Virus record (IMG/VR): IMGVR_UViG_3300017925_000001
Coordinates: 45,725 to 109,724 of that record
Strand: one strand, 5' to 3'
Length of the DNA: 64,000 nt
Source: a virus
Position numbers and translations under genes: made by a program. This document shows, piece by piece, positions 38,359 to 47,884 of this stretch (positions are counted from its first letter, which is position 1; every line of letters starts with the position of its first letter). The notes under the pieces are model-generated. The model saw only the letters and a list, made by a program, of their open reading frames with translations, was not told the DNA's origin and searched no databases.

Positions 38359-38854
38359 TCGGCACCTCCGTGATCACTACCGTGGGTGTAGCAGGGGGCA
38401 TCCCGGCCAGCACCTTCATGGACTCAGCGGAGTACCCACCTGAGGGAGCTTCCAGTGCCTTCACAGCTTCAACCAAAGCCGCAGCCACATTGCTGACCGT
38501 GACCTTGCAGGGCTTGCCACAGCCTGTGCAGCGCCAATGACCCAGGCCGGTCTTGTCCTTACTCCCCGCAATGGGGGTAAAGGCCTTGGGCTTCCTCGCG
38601 GGCAGACTGCAGCACGCGCTGGTGTACGCGTTGACGGGCCCTTGCTGTTTGGGTGCGGCGGAGGGCTTGCGATTCTTCTTGCCGTGCTTCTTGCCTTTGT
38701 ACTTCGGGTTTTGAGAGCGGGAGTGCTTTCCAGTACTCGCTGAATGCCTTCCCGTTTTCCCAGATGTTGATAAAGATTTGGTAGATTTCCCGGTCGATGG
38801 GGTTGCTACCGTCGTAGCAGGCGAAGGTAAATTCTGGTTCGTCGTATTCGGCAT
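38348..38854 (-). CDS. Basic Zn-finger-like protein
   Basis: K-rich N-terminal half; 'SACC...WRCTGCGKPC'. Confidence 0.55.
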   Translation of the reverse strand: MPNTTNQNLPSPATTVATPSTGKSTKSLSTSGKTGRHSASTGKHSRSQNPKYKGKKHGKKNRKPSAAPKQQGPVNAYTSACCSLPARKPKAFTPIAGSKDKTGLGHWRCTGCGKPCKVTVSNVAAALVEAVKALEAPSGGYSAESMKVLAGMPPATPTVVITEVPSAG

Positions 38855-38889
38855 ACATGAGATCTCCTGGTGGTGCAGATTTGTAAAAG

Positions 38890-39258
38890 CTACAGCTTGG
38901 ACCCTCGTGAAAGCGGAGCCCCAGCTTCCTCCATCTCTTTCTGAAGGATTGCCAGTGCGCGCCATGCCATCTTGGCTGAGTGGCGTGCGCCATCTGTGTC
39001 GAACTTCCCACGTTCCATCCCGTGGCGAATCACCGTATCCCATTCGTCACTTGACTTACTGCGATTCCAATGCAGCGGCTGACCAGGGTTGTGCTGCTCG
39101 TTTCCCAGGTAGGACACCTTGGCAACTTCGAGCAATGCAGCTGAAAAATAATCGAGCACTCCTGTGCCAACAGGGATCTTCTTGCGCTCAGCTGCATCCG
39201 ATGGGAACAGGTCTTTGACTACCTTCAGACTGGGATCAGCTGGATTTGAACTACTCAT
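38890..39258 (-). CDS. dATP/dGTP diphosphohydrolase-like protein (DUF5664-type)
   Basis: 'AL.EVAKVS..G...H....W......D...RH......D.DG..H....AWRALA'. Confidence 0.75.
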   Translation of the reverse strand: MSSSNPADPSLKVVKDLFPSDAAERKKIPVGTGVLDYFSAALLEVAKVSYLGNEQHNPGQPLHWNRSKSSDEWDTVIRHGMERGKFDTDGARHSAKMAWRALAILQKEMEEAGAPLSRGSKL

Positions 39259-39677
39259 TTCAAACCTCCTTTTTTGATGTAGGCCAGGAGGGCGTCTACA
39301 TCTTTCACATGCACACGCTGGGGGAAACGGTCGAACAGACTTTGTATCCCACCAACAATGATGATCTGCTTTCCCCAAGCATGGGCCATGCCGGTCTCCT
39401 CCATGCGTGCAGCCGTACACCACCCGCTAGGCACAGTAGGTGTCGAGAGATCATCGGAGAAACGGATCAACGTATGCGCCCTCTTCACGTCAGCGGCATC
39501 CATGTCTGCTGTATCCAGCAGGAACCTTTTCAACTTTATGGGTCCCGCTGGGGCAGGTTCTTCATCGAGCCAACGTGATGTAATCTCCACGCCCAAGGCG
39601 GCAATCTTGAGCGAGATATCTTTCATTTCTTCCTTACGATGAAACGCTGCCGCTAGGTACACCGACTTCGACTTCAT
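39255..39677 (-). CDS. Nucleoside 2-deoxyribosyltransferase-like protein
   Basis: 'VYLAA', 'D..DV..A', 'ETGMAHAWGK.IIIVG'. Confidence 0.7.
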   Translation of the reverse strand: MKSKSVYLAAAFHRKEEMKDISLKIAALGVEITSRWLDEEPAPAGPIKLKRFLLDTADMDAADVKRAHTLIRFSDDLSTPTVPSGWCTAARMEETGMAHAWGKQIIIVGGIQSLFDRFPQRVHVKDVDALLAYIKKGGLK

Positions 39678-40107
39678 GCTTTTCCTCCTTCTTGTCCGAA
39701 AGCCTGTGATCCATGCTTTCTTTGGGCTCAGGGCGAAGGTGCATTGCCCACACGATCTGGTTGTACACTGCGTTGAATGTCTCGCGTGTCTTCTGGTCAG
39801 GGTGTTTGTACCCCAAAATCTCACAGGCATGCGCCATGTGCAGAACGAAGTGTAAGGGGTACTTGTCCAGGTCAGCAATGAACTTGGTAGCGGATTCAAG
39901 AAGCTCCGCGAACAAATCATGCTTCATGTATGTTGTCGTAGTGTCAGCATTCTTCAGTGACGCCATACGAATTGAGCGAGAGATGTGCTTGCTTGGATCG
40001 TATTTCGAAAGGCCATCGCAGCCGCGTAGACCAGTGATGATGACGGTCTGCTGCTTCCACGAAATGGTCTCAAGCCACTCCTGAAACACACTTGCCGGGT
40101 TGTCCAT
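39634..40107 (-). CDS. Conserved phage hypothetical protein
   Basis: 'SVFQEW...QQ.V....RGCDG...PLHF..H..HA.EI.GYKHP'. Confidence 0.6.
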   Translation of the reverse strand: MDNPASVFQEWLETISWKQQTVIITGLRGCDGLSKYDPSKHISRSIRMASLKNADTTTTYMKHDLFAELLESATKFIADLDKYPLHFVLHMAHACEILGYKHPDQKTRETFNAVYNQIVWAMHLRPEPKESMDHRLSDKKEEKHEVEVGVPSGSVSS

Positions 40108-41234
40108 CAGATTTTCACCTCATGATCTGCCTTGACTAGGTTCGTCACCATCTGACGAACTTTGGCAATTGCTTTCTCGTCATCGTGCAGACGAGCTTTC
40201 AACTTTGGTAGGCCATAGGCAATTTGCTCAACACCGATGGGCTTCTTGGTTTCGGGATCGACGTTTCCTAAATCCATCATGTACCACAGTCCATCCATTT
40301 TGAACAAGCCACGCTTAGTAGCATACGTGATGAGATCGCTGATGGTGTCAAAGCCAGGATCTCGGCCTGAATCCGGGTAGTAGAGATCCACTACAGTTTC
40401 CAGCAGCGGAGTGCCCACCTTGTTCTTCACGGCTTTGAGTCTGACATGATGCCCGAGGATTCGGTCACCGTCCTTGATCACTTCCTGTCGGCGCACATCA
40501 AGACGTACGCTCGCGTAGTGCTTGAGGGCGCGGCCCCCTGGGGTGGTCTCCGGGTTGCCAAACATGACCCCGATCTTCTCGCGGATCTGATTGATGAAGA
40601 TGATCGTGACCTTATACTTGGCAGCATCAGCTGTGAGGATACGCATCGCTTGAGACATCATGCGGGCCTGGAGGCCTACGTGATTGTCACCCATCTCTCC
40701 AAGCAGTTCAGCTTCAGGGGTGAGGGACGCAACGTCATCCACCACAATCAAGCTCACGCACTGCGACTTCACCAGCTCACGTACGATGTCCAAGGCCTGA
40801 TCACCATGGTCCGGCTGACTGATCAACAGATTGTCAATGTTGACCCCGAGGTTCCTGGCGTAAGCTGTGTCAAGCGCATGGGCTGCGTCAATGAAAGCGC
40901 ATATACCACCGGCCTTTTGCTCCTGGCCTATGAGCCACAATGTGAAAGTTGTCTTCCCGGCAGACTCAGGGCCGAAGATCTCGACTATGCGTCCACGCGG
41001 GATACCTCCACACCCCAATACGTACTGATCGAACGTGGGGAGATTGGCCGGTATGCTGGGGAGAGCCACGATGTTCTTGGCTCCAAGGCGTATGATCGAG
41101 TTAGTTGTCTCGTACTTCTTGTCGATCTCCTTGGAGAGTGAGAACAGCTGTGCGAACTTCTGTAAGTCGGTAGTCGGAGCGGCGACCACCACTTTCGGTT
41201 CCTTCTGCTCTTCTTTCTTCTTACCGAAGGCCAC
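40107..41234 (-). CDS. recA: RecA recombinase (atypical catalytic residues)
   Basis: 'GGIPRGRIVEIFGPESAGKTT', 'GLQARMMSQAMR', 'FINQIREKIGVMFGNPETTPGGRALK'. Confidence 0.97.
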   Translation of the reverse strand: MAFGKKKEEQKEPKVVVAAPTTDLQKFAQLFSLSKEIDKKYETTNSIIRLGAKNIVALPSIPANLPTFDQYVLGCGGIPRGRIVEIFGPESAGKTTFTLWLIGQEQKAGGICAFIDAAHALDTAYARNLGVNIDNLLISQPDHGDQALDIVRELVKSQCVSLIVVDDVASLTPEAELLGEMGDNHVGLQARMMSQAMRILTADAAKYKVTIIFINQIREKIGVMFGNPETTPGGRALKHYASVRLDVRRQEVIKDGDRILGHHVRLKAVKNKVGTPLLETVVDLYYPDSGRDPGFDTISDLITYATKRGLFKMDGLWYMMDLGNVDPETKKPIGVEQIAYGLPKLKARLHDDEKAIAKVRQMVTNLVKADHEVKI

Positions 41235-41670
41235 TGATCACCTCCTGCTCAGCTTTGATGTCAAGCGTTCCACCTTCTATGGTCTGCACAGGCTCAAGGC
41301 CGGATGCAGCTTGCGTCTCAGGGCTTGCTTGTCGTAACAGCTTCTCCTTCAACCATGCGCCGAAGGCTTGTAGGAACTTCTTGCCATAGAGCTTCACTAC
41401 GAATTTCGATCCTGCATTCATGAGAAGATTGTGCAGACGTTCCATCTCCTGCGCGTTGAAGCCCACCTCGAAGAGCGCTTGCCAGCAGTGCTTGCAGTTG
41501 GCATGTCGAGGTGCATGACGTAGATCAATGCGGTGACCACAGGCTTTGACGATGGGGTGCTTCACTGTGAAGTTGGCCGCACGCCATGCGCGGACTTCTC
41601 GCTCAGTAGGTTTGTGCTCGGTCTGCACAGGTTTGCCTGCGCCTAAATCTGCGCTGTCTAGGTCACTCAT
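41221..41670 (-). CDS. Hypothetical Zn-binding protein
   Basis: CGH...CKHC. Confidence 0.55.
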   Translation of the reverse strand: MSDLDSADLGAGKPVQTEHKPTEREVRAWRAANFTVKHPIVKACGHRIDLRHAPRHANCKHCWQALFEVGFNAQEMERLHNLLMNAGSKFVVKLYGKKFLQAFGAWLKEKLLRQASPETQAASGLEPVQTIEGGTLDIKAEQEVISGLR

Positions 41671-42059
41671 GAAAGTATATCCTCCGCGTTTATTTCCTCA
41701 GGAAATGATGGGCGATCTTGTACAATAGATTCATGAAGCCGTTGGTTCTTGGCTTTGAAATAGAGAACGCGGTAATGCCCTCCCACTCCAAGATTGTTCT
41801 TCAGGAAAACCTTTCCAAGCTCTTGCTTGAAGTTGGTAGGTAGAGCGTCATAGCTTCCATCTTCAGCCATACGTAGGAACATTTGGTATTGCAAAGGAGT
41901 CAACGTACGCCGTGCTTTGATTTCTACATCGCACAAGAAGTCTGTAGCGTCAACATTTTTAAGACTAAGAGAAGGATTACTTTTTAAGCTATAATAAAGC
42001 GCTAAAACGTTGGCGAAAACCTCTTCCGAGCGCAATAGCTCAAGTCTGATGTCATTCAT
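41667..42059 (-). CDS. Hypothetical protein
   Basis: Overlapping start/stop packing. Confidence 0.55.
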   Translation of the reverse strand: MNDIRLELLRSEEVFANVLALYYSLKSNPSLSLKNVDATDFLCDVEIKARRTLTPLQYQMFLRMAEDGSYDALPTNFKQELGKVFLKNNLGVGGHYRVLYFKAKNQRLHESIVQDRPSFPEEINAEDILS

Positions 42060-42418
42060 CGTACCTCTTTCTGATTCACAAGGAGTTTCATGAAGTCTTC
42101 AAATTTCAGTGTAACCATTGGTTCAGTTCTGTTTCGGCCATGTATCAACAGCTTTAACCCAGGTTTGTCCGCGTATTTTGCAAAATGTTCGTAGAAAACC
42201 CCTACCACGTTCAGCTTTTCTACCTGCTTGCATTCTATCAACAGATTAAACACCTTCTGTGCAGCAGGGGAGAGGATCACATCAACTCCGTTTTGCCCCA
42301 TCCCCCGGGATTCAATGTCACCATCTACAAGCCCATGGGATGCCCCTGCTATGCGTAGGGCATCCCGCACCTTCTGTTGGAGAAGGCGTCCCTTGGCCTT
42401 TGCTGAGGAAGTTCTCGT
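42056..42418 (-). CDS. Holliday junction resolvase-like PD-(D/E)XK nuclease (putative ACG start)
   Basis: 'RTSSAKAKGRLLQQ', 'MGQNGVDV', 'IECK'. Confidence 0.75.
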   Translation of the reverse strand, partial: TRTSSAKAKGRLLQQKVRDALRIAGASHGLVDGDIESRGMGQNGVDVILSPAAQKVFNLLIECKQVEKLNVVGVFYEHFAKYADKPGLKLLIHGRNRTEPMVTLKFEDFMKLLVNQKEVR

Positions 42419-42419
42419 G

Positions 42420-42830
42420 CTACTTCCTCACCGCCCGATAGACTATGGGTTCGCTGCCATACATTTCTATGGCTTTGTTGGCTTTTTCTTCAGATGGAAA
42501 CACTACACCATGCAAGCCTCGATTTCCGCTGGGTATCCAGACCCAACCTTGGCTTAGGTCCTTAATCTGTACCTCTACAACCCATTGCTCAACTGCTGTT
42601 ACCTTGTACAAGCTCTTGCCCCTATTTAAAACAACATATTCTACCTGTCCCTTGATGCGGAGGTTGCGCAATACACGATCCGCAGTGCTCGGGGATACTG
42701 TGCCTGTGATGTGTTCAGCCACATATAAGCGAAGCTCGTCCGCAGTGAATGTATTGTTTAAGTGCTGTTTACAGAAAGCAAGCACAGCATCCCCTGCGGT
42801 TGCTTCGTTGTGCTGCAGGTGTTCATTCAT
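42420..42830 (-). CDS. Winged-helix-like hypothetical protein
   Basis: 'F...ELR.YV......PSTADRVLRNLR..G'. Confidence 0.5.
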   Translation of the reverse strand: MNEHLQHNEATAGDAVLAFCKQHLNNTFTADELRLYVAEHITGTVSPSTADRVLRNLRIKGQVEYVVLNRGKSLYKVTAVEQWVVEVQIKDLSQGWVWIPSGNRGLHGVVFPSEEKANKAIEMYGSEPIVYRAVRK

Positions 42831-42969
42831 CGTTTGCTCCTCTTCTGCTTTAGTTTTGCTGCGGCTTGCGCGATCTTAGAAAAGTTCCTAGCGTATTCTG
42901 GGTCTTGTGCAGCAACCTTAGCCATGCATATTTGACAGTTGGCCAAGGGGCCTCGATGGATTTTTGTCT

Positions 42970-43161
42970 TCATTGCTTAATTAGCCTTTCTATATTCATG
43001 GCTTGTTCTTGGTAATACTCGGCCCGCTCAGGATGACCAGCAGCTTCGTGGCGCGCACCTGTGTTCAGGTACTGATTTTGTACCCGCTTCAAAGGTGCGA
43101 GGATATCACCGTCCTCGCCAACGTCAATGGTGGTTCGTACAGGTGCCCAGACCTTTGTCAT
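42970..43161 (-). CDS. Hypothetical protein
   Basis: GGAGG SD; overlaps the primase stop. Confidence 0.45.
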   Translation of the reverse strand: MTKVWAPVRTTIDVGEDGDILAPLKRVQNQYLNTGARHEAAGHPERAEYYQEQAMNIERLIKQ

Positions 43162-45197
43162 ATTGTGATTGCCTCCTCCGTTGTGATTTTGGGTGCAGCC
43201 ACATCTTCTGTGGGGATAACCTTGACACTGCCTCCTCCTTCAAGGGGTATCACCTTGTTATATTCTACGTTCTGCTTCATGCCAGCCTTCTGCTCGTTGG
43301 GGATCGAGCGTACTTGACTACGTGCGCCGTCAAACAATAACTTAGTAGTGCCCCCAGCTGAATACCGAGAAAGACCCACAGTTATTTTAGTGATAGGGTC
43401 GAATGACTCTAAGGATTCTGTAAAACCTTCCTGCTCAGTTTCCCATTCACTCTTTTTTAGTTCCCCAACAACTCTACGCCACATAGTGATCATACCATCA
43501 CAATCCTTAGCCACTTGTGATGATCCATCAACATCATTCGTAGATATGGTTGCCCCCTTTTCAATGCGTTTGGGCTGCAGAATGCGAATCATTTTTATGT
43601 TGTAGTCTTTGGTCAACTTAGCAAGCCCTTTACTGATCTGAGACAGCTGCACCGTACGATGACCTTGGTTCTTCAAAGTGTCGTCACAAAGGCGTTGTAG
43701 ATTGTCAAACATGATCCACTCAACACCATAGCGTCGAATGCAATCTCGCATCAGTTTGAAAATATCCTCAGGTTCACTTACGAGCTGAGGGTATGCGAAG
43801 TACAAATCTGCTGCACGCTCTTGTTGAATAGAACGTGCAGTTACGCACGCCGCTTTCAATTCTGCTAATTTTTGTTTGGCCGGTTCAGTACCGGGCTCAG
43901 TCATGACATCTTCAAATCCCGTTACCAATGAAACCCACTTCTTAGCAAGGCGGGCCTGAGTCATTTCCAAGCAGACCAGAAGTCCATTCTCACCATACTG
44001 AGACACCATATGGTCAAGAATGTTAAGGCCAAAGGTTGTCTTCCCCACTTTTTCTGGGGCAACAATATCTAGCACATCTCCTTTCTCCATACCAATCAGC
44101 TTGTTCAACTCTGGCCAGGGAAAAACGTACGTAGGTGCAAGATCTGTCTTCCCGTTGAGTTCGTTCTCCAACTGCGTGAGCGCATCTACGGAGGATGTGA
44201 CGCCTGTGATATCGAACAAGCTTGCCTGTTTCTTTAGCTCTTCAAACTTCTCTAACGTCCCTTCCCCATAGCGGAACCAGTCGTTGATGTCTTTTCCAGG
44301 CCGCGTTACGCTGTCCACAGTTACGTTGAATAGAGGCAGAGTAATCTTGTAGCATTTCTCAATACCAATGCGTGATGCTAATTCCTGTGCTCCCTTCCTT
44401 CCTGCTTTGTCCGCATCGTACAAGATGTAGATCTTCTTAGGCGCAACCTTATCAAGAGCGTCTATCCACAAAGCTTTCTTGACATTTGCTCCGGGTACCC
44501 CAACTACGTATGAGACACCGTGTGAGAGACAGCTGAGGGCGTCCGCTTCCCCTTCAACAAAGAGTACTTCGTTGATTCCTTCAACAAGGATTTCACCGTT
44601 GTAGAGAGGGGCTTCCCAACCAGATGGTGTAATAAAATCCTTTGGCTTTGGAGGGAGTGTGCGGTACTTTGCAAACACGATATTACCACCGACGAGATAG
44701 GGAATGACGAGCGCCTTGCTTTCTCCTGCTTCATGAAACCAAATTTTCTCCTTTAGACCAAGTTTTTGTTGGTCTATAATCTCTCTCGTGAAGCCTCTCA
44801 CGTTCAAAAGGTAGTCCATGGCCTCGGGGTCACCCAACAGAGCCTGATGACAAGCTTCAGTATCCGGTAATGCGTCTGGTTTATGCTCTCCGTTACCTGC
44901 CCACTCTTTTCTACTATCTACTCCCGGTATCCGTAGACCTAAATGCTCGGCTAAGGTCCTTAAATTCCCTTGTCGATCACAAGAGCTGTGGAAACACTTA
45001 TGTAAACCATCGCGTGTATTGCGTGGGTCGTTAGGGTCCCCTGTGCCCATGAAGAATTTGAAGTCCGATTTTTTACAGTAGGGACAAATTTCAATTTGTA
45101 TTTGATCTCCAGAACCAGTACGCCAATTCCATCCCTGTGCAGTTACAAATTGAACAGCTCGGCTGTGTTGCAAGTTCTCGGGTATAGTTTGAGTCAT
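43158..45197 (-). CDS. DNA primase-helicase (Zn finger, TOPRIM, DnaB-like)
   Basis: CPYC...C..C; 'EGEAD'; 'YDAD'; 'APEKVGKT'; 'FDNLQ'; 'DGSSQV..DCD'. Confidence 0.92.
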   Translation of the reverse strand: MTQTIPENLQHSRAVQFVTAQGWNWRTGSGDQIQIEICPYCKKSDFKFFMGTGDPNDPRNTRDGLHKCFHSSCDRQGNLRTLAEHLGLRIPGVDSRKEWAGNGEHKPDALPDTEACHQALLGDPEAMDYLLNVRGFTREIIDQQKLGLKEKIWFHEAGESKALVIPYLVGGNIVFAKYRTLPPKPKDFITPSGWEAPLYNGEILVEGINEVLFVEGEADALSCLSHGVSYVVGVPGANVKKALWIDALDKVAPKKIYILYDADKAGRKGAQELASRIGIEKCYKITLPLFNVTVDSVTRPGKDINDWFRYGEGTLEKFEELKKQASLFDITGVTSSVDALTQLENELNGKTDLAPTYVFPWPELNKLIGMEKGDVLDIVAPEKVGKTTFGLNILDHMVSQYGENGLLVCLEMTQARLAKKWVSLVTGFEDVMTEPGTEPAKQKLAELKAACVTARSIQQERAADLYFAYPQLVSEPEDIFKLMRDCIRRYGVEWIMFDNLQRLCDDTLKNQGHRTVQLSQISKGLAKLTKDYNIKMIRILQPKRIEKGATISTNDVDGSSQVAKDCDGMITMWRRVVGELKKSEWETEQEGFTESLESFDPITKITVGLSRYSAGGTTKLLFDGARSQVRSIPNEQKAGMKQNVEYNKVIPLEGGGSVKVIPTEDVAAPKITTEEAITI

Positions 45198-45204
45198 GCT
45201 CCTC

Positions 45205-45516
45205 CTACTGAACTGCTGGGCTGCACTGGGCTTGAAAGAGTGCCCTACCCAACGGGGTCACCGTATACACTCGCCAGATGCGCCCTGTCTGAATATTCTG
45301 CTCTTCGACTTTTTCCTTGTTCTCCTCAGTGATCTCTTTGACCAACTTGAGTACGATCAAGGCTTCAACATCAGCTGCAGCCTCGATGGTCTTGCAAGCT
45401 ATGCCGAAGTCATCCGTTGGGAGTACGTTGCATTGGCAGAACACATTCATCTCAATATCTTGGCAGGCCCCCACGATGAGATTCAGTTGTCGCTCGGTGA
45501 GCTCTGGGATCTCCAC
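45205..45516 (-). CDS. Hypothetical protein
   Basis: GAGGAGG SD. Confidence 0.55.
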   Translation of the reverse strand: MEIPELTERQLNLIVGACQDIEMNVFCQCNVLPTDDFGIACKTIEAAADVEALIVLKLVKEITEENKEKVEEQNIQTGRIWRVYTVTPLGRALFQAQCSPAVQ

Positions 45517-45636
45517 GTTTCCTCCTCGTCTTTTAATCTGTATACAGGAAACACTTCATTACCTCCATTTGCAGCCAGAATAGCGTCAGCTTCTTTGGTG
45601 TAGAGCACTTCATTGAATACATCCCACCACCCAAAT

Positions 45637-46239
45637 CTAGTAATTTCCATAATCTCCTTTCACAAATACGTGCAGGCATGCCTTCTCTTCTATGACAAGG
45701 ACGCGTCCGATTGCTCGGTAATACATCAGCTTGATCACTAACCAACGGTACTGTGCTTTGGTCAAATGCTTGGAGAAATCTACTGTCGTGCCACGAAGGT
45801 GACTACTAGCCCTAGGCCCATCCCAAGGTGCGGCAGAGTGGTTCCAACGTATGAGCCTACGCTGTACGTTAGCAGGACGTATCGCGCTGTCGATCAGTAG
45901 ATACATTCTAAACTGGGCATAGAATTCTTGAGACAATTGCTCCACAAAGCTTACTGTGGCAGGCAGGGCGTACCTGCGTTCCACAGGCAACTTCGGGGAT
46001 ACTCGATAGTAATTGTGATCATACAAAGCTGAGAGTTTTCCTGCATATACAGCCTCGTCTACCTGCTCTTGCGTAAAATACCTAGGGGCACCCATGGCAT
46101 CCCCAGCTTGATTCTCCAAAAGCACAGAATCTTGGGTGGCCGGAAAATTTTTGCACCACACGGACGGTCCCCTATGGGCCCTAGCGCTGGCCTGAGTACA
46201 AAGGAGGGCAATGCTCAGCGCTAGGGTCCTTATCCACAT
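45637..46239 (-). CDS. Secreted M15/Hedgehog-like Zn peptidase (DUF5715-like)
   Basis: Signal peptide; 'SAIR', 'SSHLRGTTVD', 'CLHVFV'. Confidence 0.7.
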   Translation of the reverse strand: MWIRTLALSIALLCTQASARAHRGPSVWCKNFPATQDSVLLENQAGDAMGAPRYFTQEQVDEAVYAGKLSALYDHNYYRVSPKLPVERRYALPATVSFVEQLSQEFYAQFRMYLLIDSAIRPANVQRRLIRWNHSAAPWDGPRASSHLRGTTVDFSKHLTKAQYRWLVIKLMYYRAIGRVLVIEEKACLHVFVKGDYGNY

Positions 46240-46240
46240 G

Positions 46241-46456
46241 TCAATCTCCTTTCACGGATTCAATATCGAATGAATTGATTGTATCTGCAGTGCCGTCTGC
46301 CCATTTTCCAGTAAGTTTGCGAGACCACTCGGGAGCGGGATTACAACCGGAACCCCCTGTGATGCGGAAAGTGCGTTCCTTGACACTGTATTTCTTTCCA
46401 CTCAGGGGGTTCCTAACGATCACAGTCTTGCCTTTCAAGTCTATCCCTAGGTCATT
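46241..46456 (-). CDS. Hypothetical protein
   Basis: MNDLGIDLKG...; couples to the upstream HNH stop. Confidence 0.45.
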   Translation of the reverse strand, partial: NDLGIDLKGKTVIVRNPLSGKKYSVKERTFRITGGSGCNPAPEWSRKLTGKWADGTADTINSFDIESVKGD

Positions 46457-46742
46457 CATACGTGAACACCAACTTGCCATCAGCACCACCCCCGGTACCT
46501 ACGAAATTCCCGGGGGCGCACGCAATGTAAAGTTTGTAGTTATGTACTGCTGAGTGACAGTCTACGCATAGGGCACAGAGGTTGTAAGAAGCGTCTTCAC
46601 CAAGTTCAGAGCGGTAAATAATATGGTGAACGGAAAGGTTGTTTCTGAGACGGCATCGTGGATTGCGACATTTATAACCATCTCTTTCCAACACTTGTTT
46701 ACAGAGTTTCTTGTACTCTTCCTGTTCTATACGGAGGCTCAT
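46452..46742 (-). CDS. Small HNH endonuclease
   Basis: 'VLERDGYKC...C...VHHI..RS..G.....NL..LC..CH'. Confidence 0.85.
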   Translation of the reverse strand: MSLRIEQEEYKKLCKQVLERDGYKCRNPRCRLRNNLSVHHIIYRSELGEDASYNLCALCVDCHSAVHNYKLYIACAPGNFVGTGGGADGKLVFTYE

Positions 46743-46745
46743 AGG

Positions 46746-47489
46746 CTACTTCTCATATTTACAGAATGTAACTTCCCAATTTTGAGTTACACAAGTTTTC
46801 TTGATAACTACTTTCTTCTTAGGCGCTGCTTTGTGTATTTTTACTGCTGTCTTTTCAGGTGGTGAGATGATTGTGACAGGAACCACAACACTAATAGGAG
46901 TAGCCAATGTAGGTGCCGGGGTATCTTCGATTGCAGGGGCAGCTATGGGTTCTGGTTTAGGTCCCATGCAGTCCTCCATTGTAACACCGGCCTTCTTCGC
47001 CTTTTTGGTAGCGATCAGGATCTTACATGAGGCAATTGTCTGTGGGCCAGAGAAAGCCCGTGCTAATTCTCTATCATCGCAGCCTGAATCGACCTTGCCG
47101 CCACCGAATGCGCCTCCAACCATTCCCATCTGCAGCGCCCCACCAGCACCCTTAAAACAAGGCACCGTAGGCAATACGGGAGGAGCCACAGCTGTGGACA
47201 CTGGAATCTTAGGGGCTGCTACATACGTACTGTTGCTCACCGAAGAGTTTCCTGATCCTTTAACAGAACTGTTTCCACCAGTAGCATTAGATGTGGAGGA
47301 TGCGGAGCCTCCATTTGCGGTCTGCGTTTGCCCTTGCTTCTGGTTTTGTGCTTGATTCTGAGACTGCGTGTTAGTAACCGTCGTGGGCGGATCTACTGGT
47401 GGGGATGGCTTAGGAGGTGTGGGCGGATCACAGGCCCAAATCAGTGTGGAAGTGAGCAGGATAGCTACCATTGTGCGAAGCAAGTTCAT
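46746..47489 (-). CDS. Putative lipoprotein/secreted low-complexity protein
   Basis: Signal peptide ending 'IWAC'; P/Q/S-rich linker. Confidence 0.55.
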   Translation of the reverse strand: MNLLRTMVAILLTSTLIWACDPPTPPKPSPPVDPPTTVTNTQSQNQAQNQKQGQTQTANGGSASSTSNATGGNSSVKGSGNSSVSNSTYVAAPKIPVSTAVAPPVLPTVPCFKGAGGALQMGMVGGAFGGGKVDSGCDDRELARAFSGPQTIASCKILIATKKAKKAGVTMEDCMGPKPEPIAAPAIEDTPAPTLATPISVVVPVTIISPPEKTAVKIHKAAPKKKVVIKKTCVTQNWEVTFCKYEK

Positions 47490-47713
47490 TGATTCTCCTT
47501 TGTTATGTGCTCTGCTGAAACATGTGCTCGTAGACCTGTATTTGTAACTTCATGGAGCTTAGGTAAAAGAGCGTCATTCTTCTCTACAGACGCTTTTAAC
47601 TCTTCTTCCCGTTCTGCATTTGCTGCGGTATTCGTAGCAGGACCGTACTTGTTGTGATTCTTGTAGCGTCCGAAGTGCGTACTATGCTTTTTTTGGAATA
47701 TCCATTCCAGAGG
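47486..47713 (-). CDS. Hypothetical protein
   Basis: Minus-arm packing; start position uncertain (ORF track gives 47731). Confidence 0.35.
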   Translation of the reverse strand, partial: PLEWIFQKKHSTHFGRYKNHNKYGPATNTAANAEREEELKASVEKNDALLPKLHEVTNTGLRAHVSAEHITKENQ

Positions 47714-47884
47714 TTTCTTCTCCTCGAACATTACCTTCCTCCTTTAATCTCATACCAGCCTTGAGGGCTGTCTCCGTTAAAAGCTCAGCCCGCGCAAGAA
47801 TGTGAGGCCCATACATGTGATTAGAAAAGAATTGCTGCCTCAAGTCCAAGGTCATGTCTTCTATGCGCTCCTCAATACTCTTCA

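Noticed and set aside
38890-39258. Z-genome (2-aminoadenine) pathway
   Set aside because: No purZ or DNA polymerase gene is in the window; the hydrolase alone is insufficient evidence
40446-41141. Long antisense ORFs (here, 6119..6943, 20950..21579 and similar)
   Set aside because: Shadow frames of well-supported genes with no SD or motifs
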